Part shown: piece by piece, positions 1-13,300 of the stretch
Layout of the letters: every line of letters starts with the position of its first letter
How positions within the stretch are numbered: position 1 is the stretch's first letter
Assembly (NCBI RefSeq): GCF_024521635.1
Contig: NW_026250403.1
Span: forward strand, 992,001-1,056,000
Direction of reading: 5' to 3'
Source: Tricharina praecox
Lineage: Eukaryota
Length of the DNA stretch: 64,000 bases
The notes under the pieces: model-generated
The model's database searches: none
Told to the model about the DNA's origin: nothing
Seen by the model: the letters and a program-made list of their open reading frames with translations, nothing else
Translations under genes and position numbers: made by a program

Positions 1-112
1 GTCTTGAGAGTTATTTCGTTCGAATCCCTGAATACCAGCTGACATTGGCCGAAGATATCCCTATCACCACAGCTTATCTAGATCCACAAACGCGTAGCTA
101 CAGCTATCAGCC

Positions 113-1700
113 ATGGCGGTTATCTCCAGCAGCTCCGAAGCCTCACCAGCTCCTCCCACCCTCTACCGCGGCACCGAGAGCATGCATATACGCTTGACCC
201 TCCCTGCGCTCTCCCCGCCGGAGGAATTCCCCGAATGTACCACGGCAACTGCAAAGTATCCTGCCAAAACGCACGCGCGCTCGGTGGCCTCACGGCTCCC
301 GACAAAATACGGGTTGATCTACCTCGAGGGAATGCCGTCACAGACTTTTGAGGATTCCGATATGTCGCCGAAGTTCAGGCAGAGACGCGGGTTCCTGTAT
401 ATGTCCGGTGTCGTGGATATTCCCGATTGTAAGCTGGTGTATAACATCGAGACGGATCACTTGACGCTGTATATTCCGCCCCTGGATCCGAACACGGTGC
501 TGTGGACGGGGATGCCGTTGGGGCTCGAGGAGTGTCTGAAGAAGTGAGTGAGACCTAAAGGGCAAAGAGGGTATAGGAGCTGATGGTTTTGGCGGTAGAT
601 ATGATATCGATGCATGCTCCCTCACCACATCCCTCACCCACGACCTCCTCCATTACCACCTCTCCCACCCTCTCTCACCGGTCTACCACCTCCCCACGCA
701 CACCCCGCACCCCGCCGGTATCCCCTCCACCCTCGTCCTCACAACCCACCACCTCTCCGCGGCCCTTTCCACCAGCCGCGTCTACAAAACGCCCTTCGAG
801 ATCTCCCTGATCCGGCACGCGAACGCGATCACCTCCGCCGCGCACCGTGCTGTCCTGTCCACACTCCGCTCGGGCTACGCCACGAACGAGACGCATCTCG
901 AAGCGGCCTTCCTCAGCGCGTGCACCGCGCGCTTCGCCAAAACGCAAGCGTACGACCCGATCATCGGGGCGGGGCGCAACGCCGCCACGCTGCACTACAC
1001 GCTCAACTCCGCGCCGCTGAAGGGCCGGCAGCTCCTCCTCGTCGACGCCGCCGCCGAGTGGCAGGGCTATGCCGCAGACGTCACCCGCACCTACCCCATC
1101 CCCGGCAGCAAGATCTCGGACGAGGCTAGGGCTACATACCGCCTCGTCGAGCATATGCAGGCAGAGTGCATACACCGCTGCGTGGCCGGCGCGGACTTCC
1201 TCGAGCTGCATAGGCTAGCCCACAGACTGGCCGTCAGGGGACTATTGAAAATGGGCATCCTCCGCGGCCGCGAAGAGGAGATCCTGCTGGCCGGCACGAG
1301 CCGCGCGTTCTTTCCGCATGGCCTGGGCCACATGCTGGGGCTGGACGTGCACGATGTCGACCTGCCGCCCATTCCCTCCTCCTCCTGCTCCTCCTCTCCT
1401 ACCACCCCCACCACTGCCCACGTAGTCGACGAAGTGCTCCCGCTGCACCGCGGGGAAAAAGCGCGGATCATGGCCCCCAGACTGCTCGAGGAGAACATGG
1501 TCGTCACGATCGAGCCCGGGATCTACTTCTGCGAGTGGATTGTCACGCCGTACCTCCGCGACCCAGTGCACGCGAGGTTCATCTGCGAGAAGGTCCTCGA
1601 TAGGTTCTGGGATGTGGGCGGCGTCAGGATCGAGGACGATATTCTCATACTGGCAACGGGGAGGGGGAATGATAATTTGACGGGTGCGCCGAAGTGGTAG
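113..1700 (+). CDS. Xaa-Pro aminopeptidase / prolidase (peptidase M24B, fungal PEPP type); 2 exons, intron 544-598
   Basis: N-terminal AMP_N-like 'KYPAKTHARSV...FRQRRGFLYMSGV'. After the GTGAGT..TAG intron the frame continues through 'YDPIIGAGRNAATLHY', 'LLVDAAAEWQGYAADVTRTYP', 'HGLGHMLGLDVHDV', 'TIEPGIYF' and 'GGVRIEDDIL' (M24 metal ligands). Confidence 0.93.
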
Positions 1701-2156
1701 GTACTGGGGAGTGCTGGGGGGGTAGTTGGGGTTTGTATAGGTTGGGGGTTGGGATTGTAGGTATATAGGGCGTTTTCTTGGGTCGTTTTCTTAGTCGTTT
1801 GCGGAGATGTTATACCATTGTCAGCTATGTAGAAGAGGGTAGAGGAGGCTTTTGACGTCATGCATGGACTCGTATCTCTTCTGTCTTGTGTTCGAAAACC
1901 CAGAATCTATAGTCAGTACCTAGCCACACTAGCAATTACGTATACCCCCGGCCTTCTTCCCTCGCCCCTCTCCCCACCCCGTCTCCTCCCAAAAACACAA
2001 CGATCGCTACATACCTACATGTAAAAGAGCCTAAAACGAAAAAATAAATGAAAAGTAGCAATCGACAAGTTACTTCAGTACGAACTTAGGTTTACACGTA
2101 AATACACTATCTGCTCCCGCTACCGCTCTCCATCCCTTTCCTTTTCTTTCCTTGAC

Positions 2157-4985
2157 TCACCGTCTTCCGTGAGGCTTCGCCAGTTCCTGGAAGGTACTCT
2201 CGATGTTTCTCTTGAGCTATTTTCGGTCAGCATGAAGGAAGCGGGAACAAGGAACTGGGGGGTGAGTAGGTAGGAGAACCAACATCCTTATACGACAGCA
2301 CGAAGCAATTAAGGCTATCTCTCGAGACGAGCATGACCTTCTCGTCTATGCCTGCGTCGAGCTTATTCAGACACGTAAGGACGTGCCCGATATCGACGAC
2401 GGGATTCCCATTCTCGTCGACAGAGTGGAAGACATAGTCTCTAAACAGCTTGATATAGTAACGATCGCCCGTCTCGCTCCATCTGGGGTCATGATCGAAC
2501 TCGGGGCGCTCATTGATGAAGCCGAATTTCGCCATGAGGCGCACGAGGCGGGCGTTCTCCAGCTCGCGCATGAGCTCGGACTCGAGCGTGTCCTCGTAGT
2601 GCAGCGAGCTGTTGAGGTTCATCAGTGCGTGCTCGGCGATGTTGCGGGCTAGCTCGTTGATGTTCTTGACTTGGCCGTTCACCAGCGCGAGGATCTGGTC
2701 CTTGAGGTGCCCTGAGTACTGCTTCGCCATATATTCCATGCTCTTTTGTGGGTTCTGCGCGGCGATCGGGCTGTTGCATGCGATGGACAGCATCATACGG
2801 CCCAGCTTGACAAAGTCCTCCGCTTGGTGCTCTTGCAGCGTGCGCGAGGTGTCGGGTTGCACAACGTCGAGCACGCCGCAGCAGTTCAGACGGATCCTAA
2901 GGGTGTGTGTTAGTAATGCGGTATACTGAACGAGTGGCAGTGATGATACCTCATTTTGCTCGTAAGCAGCACCTTGGACGGCTCGATCGCACGGGCAGCT
3001 AGTCCAGTGGTGTGAATCGTCTTCAATGCTGACGCAATTTGAACGATGTAACTCCATATAACGTTTTCTGGCACGTGTCTAGATCCGCTAAACATGGACG
3101 CAGATCCGAAATGTGCTTCGGCCAGAGTTTTGGACAATGGATGGTAGTCGTACACAAAGACGATAGAGCTGTCGCCGAACTTGGTGGTGGTCCAGGCATT
3201 GTGGATTGTTACGACATTGGCACAGGTGAGCTTCTTCCACCGTTGGATCACTCGGATGTCGTTCTCGTTGACCAAACGGAATCCTGGTCGTCGGCGTAAA
3301 CACCAGTTGAGCCGTAAAGGGGCGCGGGGGGCCTACCTTCGATCCTCCGTAGAGCATAGATGTTACCCTCATCTGTCGAGAAAGCCTTGTAGACCCAGGA
3401 TGGATAGCCAAAAACCTGAGTGCTCTTCTGGTTCGACATGTCGAGAGGTACCAGCGAGTGATATTCGTTGATCGAAGCGGGAAGCAATGATCCGGATATA
3501 TCTTCAAGGATTCTCCGTTACCACAAGGTGAAACAGACACAAAACGCCCAGGGGAGGACTTACGTGGCATTGTCTGGAGAGCCGCCTCTCCTTTCCGCTG
3601 CAATTCTTCTCGCAGGTTATCTGACAGGAAGAAGCCGTGAACCGTCTTCTGGAAGGGCAGTAACTTTTGCGGATACGGCGCCGTCGGCGCATAATGTAAG
3701 AAGTTAAGCTACAGCAAGCGGTCAATTTTCGGTCTCTTTCCTAAAGCAGTTAAGGAGTAACTGACGGGCATATAAGAGCTCTGTGGCGGCTGGTAAAACA
3801 TATCGACCTGTCCCTGTGCATATGGGTTCACCTGGCCAGTGCCGTACTCATAAGGAGTTATGCTTTGAACAGTCTTCAGTCCGTTAGTTCGACGTCTACT
3901 CTTAGCGGGCGTGAATACATTGTCTCCGAGCCCCATACTATCAAACCCTTGCTGTAGACCCTGGTGGTAAGATTGCGAGTCATGTCCCGGTGACATCATG
4001 AAGCTGCGGAGCCGCGATGTCAGCCAAAGTTGCCCTCTCTCTCTCTTTATCTCTCTCTCTCTGTGGCACATCCAGGATCTTAAAGAAGGTTTTATGCTTA
4101 CCTGTTCGTGGTATCTTGCTGAAACTGTGGTTGAACCGGCGGGGTGAGGGCACCCAGCATTGGCGGAGGGGCAGTAAGAGAGTGAGCTTGGAGCACAACC
4201 CAACAGCGGAACTGTAGGAGGACAACGCCTACCTGTATTTCCTCTCGGCGTGAACGGCGCAGCATCGACTGTTTTCGGGGATATGATATTCTTAGGCGGC
4301 GTAGATGGTGTGAATGACGGCGAGTCGACGTTGAACTTCCCCCGTCCTAAGCTGTGGTGGTGCAGGTGTCGGTGGTTAGCTGTTGTCATTTGAAGGTGGG
4401 AATGCTTCGTCTTCGTTATTGTCTGGTATTTCGCCTGGCGGTTGTGGGCCGAGCTTTGACAGAAGACAAAGAGCGAATTCAAACTCTAAACCCACCTGTT
4501 GGCTCCATTTGCATTTGGCTTTGAGCCCGGTTCATGATTGAATGCGCAACCTAATAAAGAAGCCGACCGTCTAACGTCAGGCCGAGTCCACATCACCCCT
4601 TCCCACGGCCTCTTCGCCGTACTCGACCGGCCGGGAACCAAATGGTAGAGTCCAACCTTTGCTCTCGTATCGGCAGTAGCCGTATATAGTGAGATTCCGA
4701 CATATCGTGTTGGTCGAGTCTGCAGTAACGTTCCGCGAGGTCAGAACCGCCATTCCCGAGTGGCCAATTGGCCGTTATGAGGTGTATCACCTTTCGTTCT
4801 CGGTCGCGGCGACGATGTGAGCGCGCCGACTCGTCTCTCGCTTGGCGGGGGAGTTCTTGCACCTGTAAACAAGCATTGGTAAAAAATTCCAAAGCTTCTA
4901 CCACTTGGCGACGGCGAAGGCTGCGCTGTGGGGGGGAGGGGGGTGACGTACGATCTCCCGAAGCGGTTGAGGGTCTTTCGGCCAT
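2157..4985 (-). CDS. PAN3: PAN2-PAN3 deadenylase subunit Pan3 (CCCH zinc finger, PAM2-like motif, pseudokinase, C-terminal knob); multi-exon
   Basis: Spliced CCCH finger 'CRNLTIYGYCRYESK|GCAFNH' (about 4700-4530), 'FNVDSPSFTPS', 'YHSLVPLD', 'FVYDYHPLSKTL', 'RELENARLVRLMAKFGFINERPEF', 'WSETGDRYYIKLFRDYVFH', 'LNKLDAG'. Start codon and last exon are inferred. Confidence 0.93.
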
Positions 4986-5748
4986 TGCGAGCTCTTCTGT
5001 TTCTTGCGGGAGGTGTGGTATAGAAGTGGATTACTATGGCAGTATGGGAGCGTACAAAATGGATTATTGTCGGCAACTGGCGGGCTTGGAATAGTGTGGG
5101 TTTTGTCTTCTGGTTCGTTCTTCTTTCTATAATGCACACCCTTGCGGTCTGAGCTTTGAATGATGATGCTTTTGCTATATGCGCCTTACCACAGCTTCTT
5201 TCTTCTGTTTCTTCTTCGCTTTGTTCCTGTCGCATGAACACTTCAGTACAGCTGTGGGCAATTCAAAAGTAACTTTGGCGGTTCGAGAGCAAAGGCACGC
5301 GCAAGGCTGCAGCCTGAACTCGCGGTTTCTGGCTTTGTTCGTCGGTGGTGGGTGGCGGGGTAGCGGTGGTAGGAGGAGACGAGCGGGGGGAAGGACTCGG
5401 GAGGGGAGAGACGAGATATCAGCGCTGGGAGTGCTGAGGTGTGTATCCGGCCGTGGAAGAAGCTTGCCGAACAGCGAGCCTGCTCTAATGCGGCCGAGGG
5501 CAGAGGGCTGGGAGTTGACGATACTTGGCGACGATGGATGGCGGGGATGTCGAGTTAACTGTGTTGAAGGGAACACGGAAGTGACACCAAAAGCTATCTT
5601 CTTCCTGGTCACGTGCCCCCACCCCCCACCTCAGTCGTCCCTCTCACACCACACAAGAAAACAACGCCGATTTAAAAACTCGATTGCAAAAAGAGCTCAC
5701 AAAATAACTCGAAGCCCAGGAACGGGACTCGAAATTACCAATTGGACA

Positions 5749-8393
5749 ATGGAAGCAGGTGATTTGGATACCGAAAATGCTTCGGTCTCGGACGCTGCTC
5801 CTTCGCGCGACTTCCGAATCATCTACCAAAAGGTGTTTCCGTTCCCGGCGCGTCACGACTTGATTGCTTGGAGTCCACAGCTCGATCTACTCGCCGTCGT
5901 TACGGACAACGGCAATGTCCTGCTGTATCGCATGAACGGACAACGCGTCTGGGGAATTACGTACAAGCCCGGAAACGGCGGGGTAGAACGGCTTCAATGG
6001 CGTCCAGATGGTAGGTAGAGCTCGCAATCCGCTCGTAAGAGGAGAGGAGGAGGAAGAGGAGCTTCCATGAATTGTCTAGCTAACACCTTCTTGAAGGAAA
6101 GATGTTGGCTCTAGGCTACAACGACGGATCGACGCGGATATACGACGTTAACAACGGCAAGGCGATCCACCAAATCGTCTCCGAGTCTCCCGAGTTTGGC
6201 CGAGTGACCTGTATGGGATGGGCCGACAACCACTCCCACGCCTCCAGACACAATCAACCGTTGGACGCAAAATCGGCTGAATGTACGCCGCAGGCTTTGT
6301 TCGACTTGGACATCGGCTCCATGCTGCCGCGGCTTAGTGTCCTGCCGCCTTCATCTGGACCCGAGAGCACCTTCACATCCAAGACCACACTCGACGCCCT
6401 GATCAATACTGTTGCCAAAGGAGGAGAGGGTAGCCATCTCGATGTGCTGCTGATTGGCGAAGAGGGTGGGAAGGTGATTCTGAATGTGTTCGAATCCTTC
6501 CTGATCGGCACGATGGAGCTCTCGTCACTGTGCCACCAGTTGAAGCGTGGCTCGACACTTCTGCGGCACACAGCGTCTCCCAACCTCTCTACACACTCCC
6601 TCTTAATCTCGGAATATAAGACTGGAAACCTGCTGTTTTCGACCATGGACATACTGTTTATTGAACAGTTTGGTCAATACTTGTTTCAGCTTGCGTCCAC
6701 ATCTACACGCGTTCAGGCATTGATTAGGTACATGCGGGAAACGGTGACGAGTATCGCAACTGAATTCAAGTCGATGAATGATATAGCGCAGAGATACATC
6801 AGCATTGTCGACGAAGATCTGGAGAAGGTCGGCAGCGAGGCGGCACTGGAGTTTTATGAGTTCTTGGTCACTGGAGTCCCATCTCCCACGCTGAAGGAGT
6901 GGCTGGTAGATGTGTTGACTGAGAGAGTGAGTATCTCTTGCTTTATGTGGAAGGGCGGCGGCGGCGGCTGACGGTTGGTAATAGGGTCAAAAACGATGGG
7001 AGAAGAGTTCGCTTGCTGGCTACGAGATGCTGAGAAGATTGGTTCACGAGAGCTTACTTCCGACATGTGAACGGCTAGTGGTGCTTTTCTCTCGGTTGAG
7101 AGGGTTAGCTAGATGGTAATGTTCCTCCAAATACTAACGAGATCAACCTTCTGACTCCCTTGCAGGAAAGAGAGCGGCAGTCCTCTAGGTCTCGAACCTG
7201 ACGATTTCACCCGCTGTCTGGAAGTAGTTGGCGGTATCAATCTTTACGCGCACGAGTTTCTCCAGGGCATCAACAATGAGCTGGACCACTACAAGGCGTT
7301 CATAAACTGGTTGCGCTATTCTCTTGACCAGATCTCGACCGTCATCAACATCGATGACAACAAGCCTACCGAAGACCCTCAAGTGGACGTCCTCAAGGTG
7401 GCAGATTACATCAGCCAGTATCTCAAGAAATCATCGCTCGAGTCTTACTTGAAGAGTGACACTGCTACTAAGCTCAGCGATTACAAGAACAGAGGGGAGA
7501 GCATCTTCGAACTCTATTCCAAGGACAGCAAATCGAAAAATGTCCCCGGACTCATGGAATTGGCTGAATACTTGGATGAGCTCTGCAAGACTGTGTTCTC
7601 AAAGCCCCAGGCGGCTATGAGGCAGCAGTTGCGAATCAGCAATCCGCTGCTTCTCAGCCCGGAGAAACTCGAGATCGTGGAAATGAGGATGGTCAAGAAC
7701 GATCAAGCTTATATTTGTGTTTTCCCCGGCAAGGACAAAGGAGGCTTTTGTGAGTGCAGATATCTTCGTGTGGCTTCCGGGTGGTGACGCTGACGCGACT
7801 GGGCATGATAGTCTACATGATCAGCTGTGAGATCGCCATCAGCGGCGGACTGAGTTCGTCATCGAAGGTTGGCTGCGCCAAGATACAGCTTCCTGATGAA
7901 ACGTTCATCGCAGACCTCAAGTTTGTCGACCACAAAATGATAATTGTGATCGTCCAAGATCTAGGTGAGCCCATTACCCCTCCTCCTCCTTCTTCTCGTC
8001 CCAGTTCCCTACTAAATCCCCTCTCTAGTCACCAAAGACACCGAGGTCGTAACGGTTGACTTCACCGAACTCGAGTACGATTCCGGATTCCAGCTTCCAA
8101 AATCGTCAAAGAGCATCTACAGCCACGCAACATCCCTCAAAGCACAGGAGCTCATAGCGGTTTCTAGAAGAACGTTTGATTCCTCCTGGGTTCCGAGACA
8201 GGTTGCCGTCAATGGAAAGCTTGACAGAAGGGTTGGATGCTTGATTGCGGCTGACAGCATGAAGTACATCATCTTTGATATGGATCACAGTGAGGAAGAT
8301 GTGGAGGCGGCCGAGGCGGCGGATGACACTATGGAGTACGAGGAGTACGAGGAGGAGGAGTACGATGAGTACGAGGAGGAGGAGGAGGAGTAG
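5749..8393 (+). CDS. APC4: Anaphase-promoting complex subunit 4 (Apc4/Cut20); about 6 exons
   Basis: ANAPC4 WD40-like N-terminus 'WSPQLDLLAV...YRMNGQRVW...LQWRPDG|KMLALGYNDGS', helical region 'LKEWLVDVLTER|GQKRWEK', 'LLPTCERLVVLFSRLRGL', and C-terminal 'VNGKLDRRVGCL'. GT-AG introns join the ORF pieces. Confidence 0.88.
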
Positions 8394-9950
8394 AAGGGGG
8401 GGGCGGGCATAGATACTCGGTTCATTTCGCCATCCATCATTCAAGGCGCATTGCATAATTCATGGCGTTTCGGGGGGCGCAAGGAATACTACACAGATTT
8501 CACGCTACGTCTACATATCACTGTAACACTGTTTGAGCTGGGCTTGAGTTCGTGTTGGGGGACAAGAATGTAGAGTAGATGCAAGCAAGCTCCAGGTGCA
8601 GATGACATGTAGGCAGAGTACCGTCGACCGCGGTATGTACATACGGTATGTACGGTATGTACGATGTACGGCGCTGCAGCCGGCAGCACGTCTCCCCCCT
8701 CCTCCCCCCTCCCCCAATCGGCTCCAGATGCTGTGCTCACGTTGTGTTCCACCTTGGGATTCCGACCCGAGAACGAGCGGGCAAGCGAGCGGACGGGAGG
8801 TCGGGGTGGTTCGTTTGTCCAGCCAGCCATGCAGGTCGACGATAATAATGGACCAGGTCTGAAGTATGTGGCAGTTCGCATGAGGAAGAATCTAATCTTC
8901 ACGTGATTTCCACGTTTTTTGTGACCAGCCTTGCCCTGCAGCATGTTGGCGTTGTTGCTGTCAGTGTTGTTGTCTCTGGCTCTCTGGCTCTCTGGCTCCC
9001 TGGTTCTGGCTCCCTGGCAATCGGAGTCATATGTACGCGCTCAGGTGCACGGCAGATGGATGTAGAAACGAGCGGGACTGATGACGGTAATTGGGAATAC
9101 CCAGTCCACAGTGTGCACAGAATAATCGGGAATACCCAGCCCACAGTGCGCACAACAAATCCTTCGTGACGGAAATCGACAGATCGTCTCCCCGGTCATT
9201 TCAGCCTGATTTTGGCGGTGGACATGCCGCTATGGTGCCCTTTTTTCCTGGGCTTCCTTCGACCGGCGTTCTGCGGCCTTCCTTGAGGTTCGGGGAGTCG
9301 AGGGGCAATCTGATCGGTCGTTGACATGGATCATACGGAGGAGCCCTACGGATGGCAGAGCGAGCACATTATTGTGAAGTCCCCGAAATCTTTTCGAGGA
9401 TGACTGGCTCGCTGCTTTCACACAACCGTGTTCCTTCTCCTTCTCCTTCTCCTCCTGCTCCTGCTCAGCTCCACTCCTGCTCCCGCTGCTTCTTTCTTCT
9501 TCGCCAGCCAATCCGCAAACCCCAAAGATTACGTTATCTCGATCATCTGTCAAAGTGCCGTTAGAGCAACTCCATCATCACCACCGCATAAAGCACCTTT
9601 CCTGCTGGCTTGGCACGACAGCACGGACTGCAAATCGAAGGTTCGTTATCCCACCACCCCAAAAGTTCCCCACCATCCATCCTTCCACCACAGATTTTCC
9701 CTCCACCACCGCCCACTCACAGCATATACCAAACACCCAACACACACCTCACCCACACACGCTGAACCTCCCGCTCACTGATCCCATACAGTAGCTTAAC
9801 TTCGTCAGCCTCGATCCAGTCACAACACCGCCAGGTATCTACAACCCCCCTCGACCCCCTCGACCCCCTCCACCCCCTCCACCCCTCCCTCCCCTGCCAA
9901 ACATCACTCCCGCACCCGTTCCTTCCCCGTTCCGCTCCCATCTTGCTTGC

Positions 9951-10097
9951 TGCCTGGTGTGGTGATCGTCTATCGCAATCCCCATCGGCAATATCTGGCG
10001 CAGAGAGTATCAGGAAACTAAAAAGGAACGGTGTAACGTCACCAGTCGAGTTGCAGTACGCAGTTGCAGGGTTAACCTCCGACCTGTATCAACACAC
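9951..10097 (+). ncRNA. Candidate box H/ACA snoRNA
   Basis: Hairpin (CCTGGTGT 9953-9960 pairs with GTATCAGG 10007-10014), then H box AAACTA (10015-10020), a second hairpin (GGTGTA 10030-10035 pairs with TGTATC 10085-10090) and ACA at 10092-10094. No target identified. Confidence 0.4.
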
Positions 10098-10318
10098 GCA
10101 GCGCCTCGTGCTTTGTTTTCACTAGACGACCTCTCCTCCGCATCTCCGCCTTCAACCCCCCCACCCTCCCGACCAGCCTAACTCCACGCACCCCCATCGC
10201 CGGGAGTTAAACATCCACCTTTCTCCGACTACATTACCACCATCACCACCGCAACGATTCTGACTACATCACCCCCGCCTTCACTTCACCCCGAAATAAA
10301 AAAGAGACATCCGTCACA

Positions 10319-13300
10319 ATGAATGTAGCTGAGGTCCTCGCAAATACTCTCTCTCCAGGTGAGATGCCCCCGCTGTCCCCCACTGTCCAGACAACCGACA
10401 CAACCGCTCCCCTTCCCTCCACCAACTTTCTCCATAAAAGACTCCATGCTAAACACCCCTACAAACAGATGCCACAATCAGAGATAATGCGGAAAAGCAG
10501 TTGTCGGCGGCTGCGGAGACGCATTTCGTGAGTCCCCACTATCATTCACCAACCAACCACCTCGGTCACTCCTGCTATCCGGCGTGAGGCTGCAGAGTGG
10601 AAGCGGAGAGATGATGAATGGCTGACGTTGACTACAGCAAGACTACCTGCACATGTTGTCGGCGGAGATGGCAAAGGAGGATTCACAACAACCCATCCGT
10701 GCCGCAGCTGGTCTCGCTCTGAAGAACGCGGTCTCCGTTAGGGATCGAACACGTTTGGCCGAATTACAGGATAAGTGGCTCAACAAGGTCGACCCTACTG
10801 TCCAGGCACAGGTCAAAGAGAACGCACTAAAAACGCTTCAATCCGAGAATGTCCGGGCCGGTACTTCGGCTGCTCAGTTCATTGCTGCCCTGGCCACAAT
10901 CGAGCTGCCCCGGAATCAGTGGCCCGAGCTGATGCCCGCCCTGGTGCGGAACGTCGGCGAGGGTTCGGATGCCCTCAAGCAGTCATCGCTTACGACAATC
11001 GGTTACATTGCTGAGTCTGAGGATCCTGAACTTAGAGAGAGTCTGGCTCAGCACTCTAACGCGATTCTCACTGCTGTCGTGCAGGGTGCCCGCAAGGAGG
11101 AGCCGAACGAGGATGTGCGGTATTCGGCGATGGTCGCTCTGGGCGATTCCCTCGAATTCGTGCGGACAAACTTCGAGAACGACGGAGAGCGTAACTACAT
11201 CATGCAGGTCATATGCGAAGCCACACAGAGCACCGATTCGCGGATACAAGCTGCTGCTTTCGGCTGTTTGAACAGGATCATGAGCTTGTACTATGACAAG
11301 ATGAAGTTCTATATGGAGAAGGCCTTGTTCGGTCTCACCATTGTAGGCATGGGACGTCCTGAGGATGAGGTGGCCAAATTGGCGATTGAGTTCTGGTGTA
11401 CTGTCTGTGAGGAGGAGATCAGCATTGAGGAGGAGAACCAGCAGGTGGGTGTCCCCTTCCCCCTCCACTCTCACCTGGCAGCTTGTCCGGGGATGTATTC
11501 GTGCTGACGATTGACAAGATCCAGCTGGAGGGAATGACGGAGTTGCGACCTTTCTTCAACTTTGCCGGGATCGCCACGCGAGAGGTTGTTCCTGTTCTGC
11601 TCGAGCTCCTCACCCACCAGGACGAGGACGCTGCCGACGACGAGTATAATACTGCTCGCGCTGCCTACCAGTGCTTGTCCTTGTACGCTCTGTGCGTCGG
11701 AGGAATGCTGATCAGCGATGTCCTACAATTCGTCGAGGCCAACATCAGAAGTGAGGACTGGAGAAAGCGGGACGCTGCTGTTTCGGCGTTTGGCGCTATC
11801 ATGGAAGGACCAGAATTTGTGCTGCTGGAGCCTTTGGTCAAGCAGGCCTTGCCTGTACTTGTCGGAATGATGGATGACCAGGTCTTGATGGTGAAGGACT
11901 CTGCTGCCTACACTCTCGGAAAGATCTGCGAGCAGTGTGGTCTTGCCATCGATGCCCAGCTACATCTCCCCAGCTTAATTCAAGCCCTATTCTCTGGATT
12001 AAAGGATAGTCCTCGGATGGCGAGCTCGTGCTGCTGGGCCCTGATGAATTTGGCCGACCGGTTCGGCTACGACAATCAGGACGGCGATGAGGTGCCGTTG
12101 TCCAAGTACTTCAAGGACAGTGTCAGTGCTCTCCTGCAGACTACTGAACGCCAGGACGCCGACAACCAGCTCCGCACCGCTTCGTACGAAGTGCTAAGCT
12201 CGTTTGTTACCAACGTTGGCAACGATGAACTCGGCTCGATTGCCCAGCTGTACACCGTCATCCTGGAGCGTCTTGAGAAGACGATCGAGCTGAGATCGCA
12301 GGTTGTCAGCGCCGATGATCGCAACGCGTTGGAAGAGATGCAGACCAGCTTGGCTGTCGTGTTGACTTCCATTACCCATCGTCTCGACAAGGAGGTTAAG
12401 CCTCAGGCGGACCGCATGATGCACATCCTCCTTCAGATTCTGAGCAGTCTGCCACCGAATTCGTCCGTTCCGGATGCCATCTTCGGAGCCGTCGGTGCCC
12501 TCGCCAACGCTCTCGAGGACGAATTCGCCAAGTACATGGAGGCGTTTGTTCCTTACCTCTACAACGCTCTCTCTAACCAAGAGGAGCAGCAGCTTTGCGC
12601 TATGGCAATAGGATTGACTAGCGACATCGCTCGCTCCCTTGGAGAGCTCGTTGCGCCGTTCTGCGACAACTTCATGAACTACCTCTTGAACAACCTTCAG
12701 AGCAACACCCTCAGCCAGCAGTTCAAGCCGGCTATCCTGCAATGCTTCGGTGACATTGCTCAGGCTATTGCGGGCCACTTTGAGACTTACCTCGAGGTCG
12801 TCATGGGTGTCCTGCAACAGGCAGCTGGTATCTCTGTCAACTCGGACACTAACTACGAGATGATCGAGTACGTCATTTCGCTGCGCGAGGGAATCATGGA
12901 TGCTTACGGTGGCATCATCATTGCGATGAAGAGTGGTGGAAAGCGTAATTATCTCCAAGCCCTTGATGATAACTCTACTGACATCCTCATAGCGAACGTA
13001 TTGGCGCCTTACGTCCAGTCCATCTTTGGCTTCTTGTCGGTCGTCAATGCGGATCCCAACAAGACAGAGGGATTGATGCGGGCTGCGATGGGTGTTCTTG
13101 GGTAGGCACCACCCTCCCCCGTGAAGACTCGTTTAAGGTTCTCTGACACTGATGTTACGTAGTGATCTTGCCGAAGCTTTCCCGAATGGAGAAGTCGCTC
13201 AATACTTCCGCGCCGATTGGATCACCACCATGGTTCGGGAAGTCCGCTCCAACCGCGATTACTCTTCCCGCACCATCGAGACGGCGCGATGGGCACGGGA

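Noticed and set aside
845-865. TGTCCTGTCC duplication suspected of frameshifting the aminopeptidase
   Set aside because: It reads in frame as GCT GTC CTG TCC ACA (AVLST). Exon 2 is open from 599 to 1700 and the ORF track simply starts at a later ATG.
2060-2160. PAN3 stop codon overlapping a GTGAGT donor (possible alternative C-terminus)
   Set aside because: Pan3 homology ends here and there is no evidence for a further coding exon without RNA data.
5179-5748. 190-aa N-terminal extension of APC4 in the ORF track
   Set aside because: It crosses the PAN3/APC4 promoter with low-complexity composition. Apc4-like sequence starts at the ATG at 5749.
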